Positions 56,020 to 64,000 of a DNA stretch of 64,000 bases are shown here, one piece after another. A model generated the notes under the pieces. That model was not told the origin of the DNA. It saw only the letters and a program-made list of their open reading frames with translations, and made no database searches. Source of the DNA: Octopus vulgaris (lineage: Eukaryota); NCBI GenBank assembly GCA_951406725.2, contig OX597816.1, positions 50,592,001 to 50,656,000 of the forward strand, given 5' to 3'. The stretch's first letter is position 1; each line of letters opens with the position of its first letter. The translations under genes were made by a program, and so were the position numbers.

Positions 56020-56880
56020 AAAAAAGACATGAAGAAGATTTATACAAGATGGGATTACGTTACACAATTAATTCCATATAGCCACAACAGAAGTTGCTGA
56101 AGAAAATAGATGGGATTAGCTGATGAAAGAAAAACTAAGAAGAGAGACCGAAATCACTGCAGTGGTAGCGCAAGACCAAGATTTCGCCACGAATTTGAGA
56201 GTTAACCTTAGGAAAGAGCAAGAGTCTCCTCTGTGCAGCTTCTGCATTAGAGTGGATGAAACCATTGCTCATATCACGAACGAAAACCCAATACTTGCCG
56301 AAAACCATTACAAGTTGTGGCGACACTAGCAGGTAGCGAAAGTGCTACATTGGAAGCTGTGGGGGTAGAGAAAATCAAGACGGGATATGAACACAAACTG
56401 CAGAGATTGGAGGAATCGAAGACTAGCAATACCCAGTGTGATTTTCCAATCCAAAGAGATCAGGTGCTAGAGCGTAACAGACCGGAATTTGTGGTGGTGG
56501 ACAAGGTGCACCACATCTGCTATATAGTTGATATTGCAAGCCTCTTTGACCCACGAATTGTCATCAAAGAAGATGAAAAAATACATAAATCCAACCATCT
56601 TAATAGCACGGCTATGGAAAATGAAGAGGGTGAAGATTGTGCTAATTATCGTTAGGTCTTTGGGAACAGTATCAGAAGTCATGAAGAGGAATATAAAGGA
56701 CATTGGGATAGGATGCCCAGTAGAAGTGTCACAAAAGTTTTCCTACCTTGACACGGCCAGAATAATCGGGCAAGTATTAGATAGCTGAAAGGAACGGATA
56801 GCATAGTACCGTAGCCTGCTGCTAGCAAGCTTCCTACGCATGCAAGACTCCAAATACTCCAAAAATATCTATAATAAAAA
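56020..56880 (+). pseudogene. R4/Dong-type LINE 3' relic 2 (zinc knuckle plus restriction-like endonuclease)
   Basis: AQDQ...CSFC...ETIAHI...LA...Y...RH, DFPIQRD...RPEFVVVDK...CYIVDIA...D..I..KEDEK, ARLWK...VKIVLII..LGTV...TARIIGQVL* across frameshifts (ORFs 56123, 56317, 56528). Confidence 0.85.
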
Positions 56881-56949
56881 TATTAATAACAACAACAACA
56901 GCAACAACAACAATAATGATAATAATAATAATAATAATAATAAACCCTA

Positions 56950-57430
56950 TGCGATGCAATGATTCAGTACCATCACCTTGCCAGACATCGGAAACCGGAC
57001 ATTACAATGGTGAATAAAAACGAAAGAAAATACATGATAATTGACATAGCATTTCCCGAAGAGAGCAGTATCAATGAGAAATAAAAATAAAAATAAACAA
57101 CTATGAAGATTTTTGAAGTGGAAAATACGAAGGTTGTGGTCAATGAGGAGAGTAGACGTGAAACCAATAGTAATTGGTATCAATTGGAAACGATAGTAAT
57201 AGACGTACTTGGAAAGATCAGCACTCAGCTACCGACATAGCTGAAGAAGATTAGTGCAAGTGTGAAGGTAGAATACTTATAAAAATCAGCATTGCTTGAA
57301 ACTGCAAGAATTCTTCGCAGGTATCTTGAAGCATTGCCAATAAACAAGTGTCACCGGAGTCTGCTGGCTGTGGACAGCTGACACTTTCCATCGCACTCAG
57401 CAAAATAGGGATTAAGTTTTCATCACATGA
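56950..57430 (+). mobile_element. R4/Dong-type LINE 3' relic 3
   Basis: RKPDITMVNKNERKYMIIDIAFPEES, VKPIVIG, KSALLETARILRRYL; followed by (AAT)n. Confidence 0.8.
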
Positions 57431-57435
57431 TAACG

Positions 57436-57501
<66 letters not shown>

Positions 57502-57599
57502 TAATATGCTGAGGAAGAAGAAGAAGGAGGTGGAGGAAAATAAGAAGAAGAAGGAGGAAGAGATGAGGAGGAGAAGAAGAAGAGGAACAATAAAAATAA

Positions 57600-58122
<523 letters not shown>

Positions 58123-58149
58123 AAGAAGAAAAATAATAAAAATAGTGAT

Positions 58150-58712
58150 AAAATGCGCTGATGCAGTACCAGACACTGGTTCTCATGGCTTCTGATCTTG
58201 ACTGAAAGGATGTGCTATCATGTAAATTGTTTTGTCTTGCTATAAAATATGGGCTACAGCAAATATTCTGTTCAATACCACATATTTGCTCGTCAATTGT
58301 TTGACCTTAACCAGTTGAGCATGTCCCTTAGTGGCTGACGAAATGTGCATCTCTGATCACGAGCAGAAGTAGTGGGGGAGCATCATAGCCATGTGTTGAA
58401 AGGGATCCTTTTGGCTTTGAATAATTCACCTTTGGAAACATGGGTGCTTCGTTCAACATCCTTAAACAACCCTTATTCAGGGGCATTTTGAGCGGGATGG
58501 GGCTACTCGACCAGAAGAAAATTCTAACTGGGCCCCCACCTACAAGGTCATCTGCTGTTTATCTTGATATGAGGTCACCATGTCGCGCATATGTGGATGT
58601 GATGCATGTGCCAGGTGTAACCTTTTCAGACAGGTCGTCATGATGGGTATACTGGGCTTTGTATATCTTACCTCAGTGTCACTTTGATGGCATACACTGC
58701 TCTCTCACTCAA
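58150..58712 (+). repeat. Unclassified interspersed element embedded in (AAT)n
   Basis: About 560 bp of higher-GC non-coding sequence with sharp (AAT)n-type borders. Confidence 0.5.
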
Positions 58713-58783
58713 TAATAATAGTGATGATGATGATGATGATGATAATAATAATAATAATAATTATTATTATTATTACTATTATG

Positions 58784-58827
<44 letters not shown>

Positions 58828-58838
58828 CATTATTATTA

Positions 58839-58896
<58 letters not shown>

Positions 58897-58983
58897 TAGT
58901 ATCATTATTATTATTATTGTTGTTATTATTATTAATATTAATATTACTATTATTATATGTTTGACTTTTGTTTTGTATTTATA

Positions 58984-59046
<63 letters not shown>

Positions 59047-60145
59047 TTCGCTTGTGAAGTTGAGTGGAAGGAAGAAGAGCATGACTTGTATAGAGAGAGT
59101 TTTGAAGTGCACAATAGAAACATGATAACTATATGAAATTTAGACGCTAAAGTAACTAAAATGGGAAAGTGTATGCAGAAATTTTGAAAACTACTGAATA
59201 GTAAGTTAGTTTAAAGCTAACCATATTTTATGAAATTTTCTTCTATCTAACATATTTTCTATTTGAAATCCGCATACTATCAGCACACATGAATTGACAT
59301 AATTTGCTTTATGTTAATATTTGACATTGTATGAATGAATACGTTAACATAAAAATGGAAACAAGTTAACATCTGCCTAACTTTCTACATCCAAAGTAAA
59401 ACTTTCCTATAATCTTGGTCTCCTTATTTCACTCTCACTCTGGCTCTCGCCATATCTCTCTTTCTGATTCTCACATTTCTTGATGTGTATATACTTCTTT
59501 TAGTTTTCCATCAAAACCGCTACTGAGATGAAGCATCGGCGTAATGTCACAGTAGATATGACCTATATGGGGCTTGACTTCAAATGTCTTCTGAGGCAAT
59601 TGCAAAATAACCTCATATGTACGAGACATAGCACGTTTTTTGAAGTTACAAATCAAGGATAAAAACAAACATAAATGCATTTTGGTGACCACCTGACAAG
59701 CATTTGTTCTTGATCACAAAACCCCACATATACATACACACACAAGCTCACAGACACATACCACACAAACGCACACACACACTCACATACACACGAACAC
59801 ACACGCACACGCGTACACAGGCATATGGATGCGTAGGTTTATGAATGTGTATGTATATGACAGGTATAGACATGCAAATATATGTATGCGATTTTCTTTG
59901 TGTTCCTTTACCATTTATGCATTGCATCTGCCTGCACATAGTGAATGTGACTAATATTTCGGAAAATAAAGTATTTCATACCTTATAAATATTGGAGCAA
60001 ATGCTGAAGCATACTATGGTATATCATAATATTTTAAATTCACTCTTTGTCCTACTTACATATATCTATTCTTACTTATTGGCAAAAATACACACATACG
60101 AACACGTATATAGGCAAGCATACATAGAGACACATATACACATAC

Positions 60146-60192
<47 letters not shown>

Positions 60193-60214
60193 TATACACC
60201 ATACAACATTACGC

Positions 60215-60425
60215 ATCACATCACAACACACCACCCACACACCCACAGCGCACTACCCACACACCCATCCCCACATCTTTACACCTACACCTACATACAC
60301 ATAGCACATCACAACCCACCACCCACACACCCATCCCCACATCTTTACACCTAGATATACATACACATAGCACATCACAACACGCCACCCACACACCCAT
60401 CCACACATCTCCACACCCACACATA
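60215..60425. repeat. About 66-bp C/A-rich minisatellite, about 3 copies
   Basis: Repeating CACATCACAAC.C.CCACCCACACACCCATCCCCACATCTTTACACCT... Confidence 0.85.
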
Positions 60426-60504
60426 CATACAGACACACGACCAGACCACCAGCCCTCTTTCACACGCACATACATACTCTCTTATACACACACGCACCTT
60501 TGTG

Positions 60505-60740
60505 TTGGGTGCACTTTCGTATTGGAAGTCACTTGACCCTGTTATCACCCCTACTGTCCCTCTCGCATCTGACCCTCTCGCATCTGTCCCTCTCGCATCT
60601 GACCGATGAATTGCAGGTGAGCAACAAGATGCAAGGGGAAAGAATGAGAGCGATTTGTGGCGAAAGAATCAGCAGAATTCGCAATTCTGAAATTCGAACC
60701 TGTGGGTCCGCTGTTCTATACACTAGGCCATGTGCCTCCA
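60505..60740 (-). mobile_element. SINE with tRNA-like head and internal 15-bp tandem repeat
   Basis: Minus head TGGAGGCACATGGCCTAGTG...GGTTCGAATTTC; (CTG[T/A]CCCTCTCGCAT)x3 at 60554-60604. Confidence 0.55.
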
Positions 60741-61325
60741 CACATACATGTATATATATATATATATATAAGGTACCTTATAAGAACGCTCACACATATT
60801 TTATGTAGATGTACATGTGTGTGTATGGAGATAAAGTGATTGTTCTTATTAACTGTATAATGAAGACGATACTTAAAATGCGAAGACAGATGGCTATTTT
60901 ATTGTTACAGTGACATTTCTATTGGGAGAGTTTACGTATGAATACTTGTGTGATGATATAAGTTCCGCGAAACACTACATGCAAGTGGATCATTTTTGAA
61001 AAAGTTATCATGTCTCAGTAAATAGAAATAGCTAACTACTCGTGCAAAATATATATTCATAAATCGAACAAAGGAATGTTCAGGACAGACACGAATAATC
61101 TAAAAATATTTTGACAAAGCATAATTCTTTTCTATGACGAACAATGAAACGTAAATATGAGAAGTCACGGACCGTCAAGGTAGGAATACTACTTGTTTTA
61201 TATATACCGTTCTTGTATGCCTAATGTAGAGTTTCACACGTGATGTAACATAAGTCTTTTAATCAAGACATCATTCGTAGATGTCTTACAACTGAGGTTA
61301 TATATATATATATGTATATATACAT

Positions 61326-61360
<35 letters not shown>

Positions 61361-61431
61361 CATATATATCTGTGTATGTATGTATCAATGTATGTACACA
61401 CACACACACATATATATATATATGTATATAA

Positions 61432-61481
<50 letters not shown>

Positions 61482-64000
61482 ACACACACTCATACATTCT
61501 ATTTTGGGGAATTAGTTTACGTAAAGTATGAAGCCATAAATCATAGCATGTAAGTGTTGGGTATTTAAAAGATCCCTTGTCGTTAGAGAAAGTTGAATAT
61601 TGTCTGACATGTCTACAGGAAATGTGGTTTTGTGCTCCATGGGAGGCCTTCAACTTTCCCTATTCAAGAAGCTGTTTTTAACTTGAAATTTACATGCTAG
61701 TATATATAGTTATATATGTACTGAGAGAACCAATTGCCAACATGACTTATTTCACGTTCTCTCAAATATTTATACATTGTTACGACATTACATCTTTGCA
61801 TTACATACATACGTACATACATACTTATATACAGACATACATACTTACATATATACGTACACACATCGAATCATGAACGCATGCACAAATGCATAAACAC
61901 GCATGTACGTGAGAACGTGGGAGCGTAAGAACTTCTACATTCCTGTAGTACTTTCACTATTGTGACTAATCGTACAATTTTGGTACAATTTTAGTAATTT
62001 TCAAAGCACGAGTAAGTCGATAATATGGATACAATTGTTCTACTATAAATTATTTTATCGCAGCCTAATAGATGAAAGGCGATATGCAACTCACCGGGAT
62101 ATGAACACAAAAGGCATGGAGCAGAAGAAAAAAGCGGCTAAGCATATGTCTGGTGTGTTATCGATTTTGACAGCTCAGCGACTTTGCTTGTTGTAACGTT
62201 TATATTCAGTTTTACACTACGAAATACAGATTTCGCTAGAAATTTATTCCCCCCCCCCCAAAAAAAAAAGAAAAGCACTTTCACGTTTTTCACTATTATT
62301 TTAATTATCTATACTCAAATTAATTCCAAGTGACACCAATATATAAACATATTTGAAAGTTCAAGAAACCTAGTGATTTTAGATATTATTGATATATTTA
62401 AAGAGAATTTCGAATTATGTAAAAAGCAATACATTCAATCGAACAAATATCTGCAAAAATAGCATGACTACGTTTGGAAAACTTTCTTGCCTATGTTTTC
62501 CAAATATCTTTTCAGATTTAGGTATCCAACCATTTCTACACCAAAATTTGGATACAATGGTGTCACATGGATATGAAGAAAATTCGGCTTTTCATGAATG
62601 AGTAAGTACATCTTACAATTTCTAATTTATAAACAGAAAGATCTATTTCGATCGACCGATTACATAAATAATCGTGCTGTACTCTATGACCATGATGTAC
62701 TTATCAAATAGCTACTTATTCAATGTACAATTCCATAATTCCCGACGTGGTAGGTTTGGTTACTATTTACGCAGGTACTTGTTATAGGAACACTGTCCAC
62801 TTCTAACTGTAGAGAGCCCTGTTCAAGTTGTTCTGTATATGACTGCTCGACTTTCAACTGCTTTACTGCATTGAAGGATTCGATGTTGAGAGATATTAGG
62901 TTAGGCCTTAAGAGGAGATTTAGCAGAGAAAATCCAATTAAAATGCTTTCAGGAATGATCTAAATGCTTCTATGCTAGAAATTCACTGTATACTTTATTA
63001 ATAATTACCACTGCATAAAATTTCATTTACATAATCATGAGGATGATGTATAAAAGATAAATCTGTTTTGATACTAAATTCTAATTATTTTATTAAGTGG
63101 CAGCTTCGTAACTATTTGATGTATTTTGTATTTTGAATTATCCAACTACATATTCCAGCTGAGAAAATTAGTTAACTTACGAGTCAGCTGTAAATTGAAT
63201 AGAAAGTTTCTTTTGCTTTTTATGCAAGTCTGAAGAAATTTGCTGAAGTTAACGTAAAAAGACTTGTGTAATATTGATTTATTTACAGTAAAAAGACTGA
63301 ATCCCCTGGCATCATCCAAATGATATTATTCATTCTAGCATATATAAGTGTGTGCGTGTGTGTGTATGTGTGTGTATCTGTGCATTGGTATGTGTGTGAC
63401 GTGTGTGACTGTATTTATATAAGTTTGTGTATGAAATAACAGCAAGAAATTCACCATGAGTATTTGATAATAATAATAAGAAGAAATTCATTTCTTGAAA
63501 TAGATATATTCAAAATTTAATTTTGGTACAGTTAATGTTTGTTATCCGCAACAAAAGATATATGTAATATCAATCCTGTTTACTGTTCTCAAAGTCGACG
63601 CAAAACCGCATTTCTCGCCCCCTCTCTCTCTTTGAACATGTGTGTGCGTGTGTGTGTACGCGCGTGCGTGAATGTGTTGCTTTTCGTTTTTATGTCGTTT
63701 TAATAAAAACGACTTTACATTAAAGGCAAGGATTCCTCAATATTCATTCTAGAGTACGTGTTTATTGTTCTCTTACAATATCCCTAACAGTGACTTCACA
63801 TTCTTAGTCTACATAACTTCCCGTGAACTGCGGTCCATTCTATGTCATCTTGCCTTTCTAGAGTCTCTGCTAAGTTATTTCTGTTGGGTGAGAAGGGCTC
63901 TTTTGAATGATAATAACAGCGTACAGCGACTTTTGATAATCAGATTCTATAGAAGATTTTTTATTCATGAAAGCTAGTTGTGCAATTGGTCACATTCCTC

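Noticed and set aside
60215-60605. Regularly spaced repeats as a CRISPR-like array
   Set aside because: Contiguous minisatellite units without unique spacers, in a eukaryotic context with no cas genes.
63765-64000. Possible LINE 3' end or exon at the window edge
   Set aside because: Stops in the frames examined, no diagnostic motif, and truncated by the window boundary.

Overview
AT-rich, repeat-dense eukaryotic DNA. The SINE families and the very high load of (TA)n, (CA)n, (TAGA)n and (AAT)n microsatellites resemble an octopus (coleoid cephalopod) genome; this is recognition by eye, not a database result. No complete protein-coding gene is visible, and almost all ORF-track entries are microsatellite translations. 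The window holds three tRNA-derived SINE families, decayed Tc1/mariner transposases and MITEs, a Helentron-type (HINE) element, LINE relics, and four stacked R4/Dong-type restriction-like-endonuclease LINE 3' ends in an (AAT)n array. There are also weak candidate minus-strand exons (4563-4726, donor at 14275). The most notable signal is a set of short non-coding insertions, mostly inside (TA)n tracts, that carry type I hammerhead-ribozyme motifs with palindromic stem III and/or fold-back (inverted) ends, like Penelope-type pseudo-LTRs or retrozymes. They include a 1.13 kb palindrome (15736-16866) and a tRNA-headed, hammerhead-tailed head-to-head dimer with a 10-bp TSD (39140-39711).
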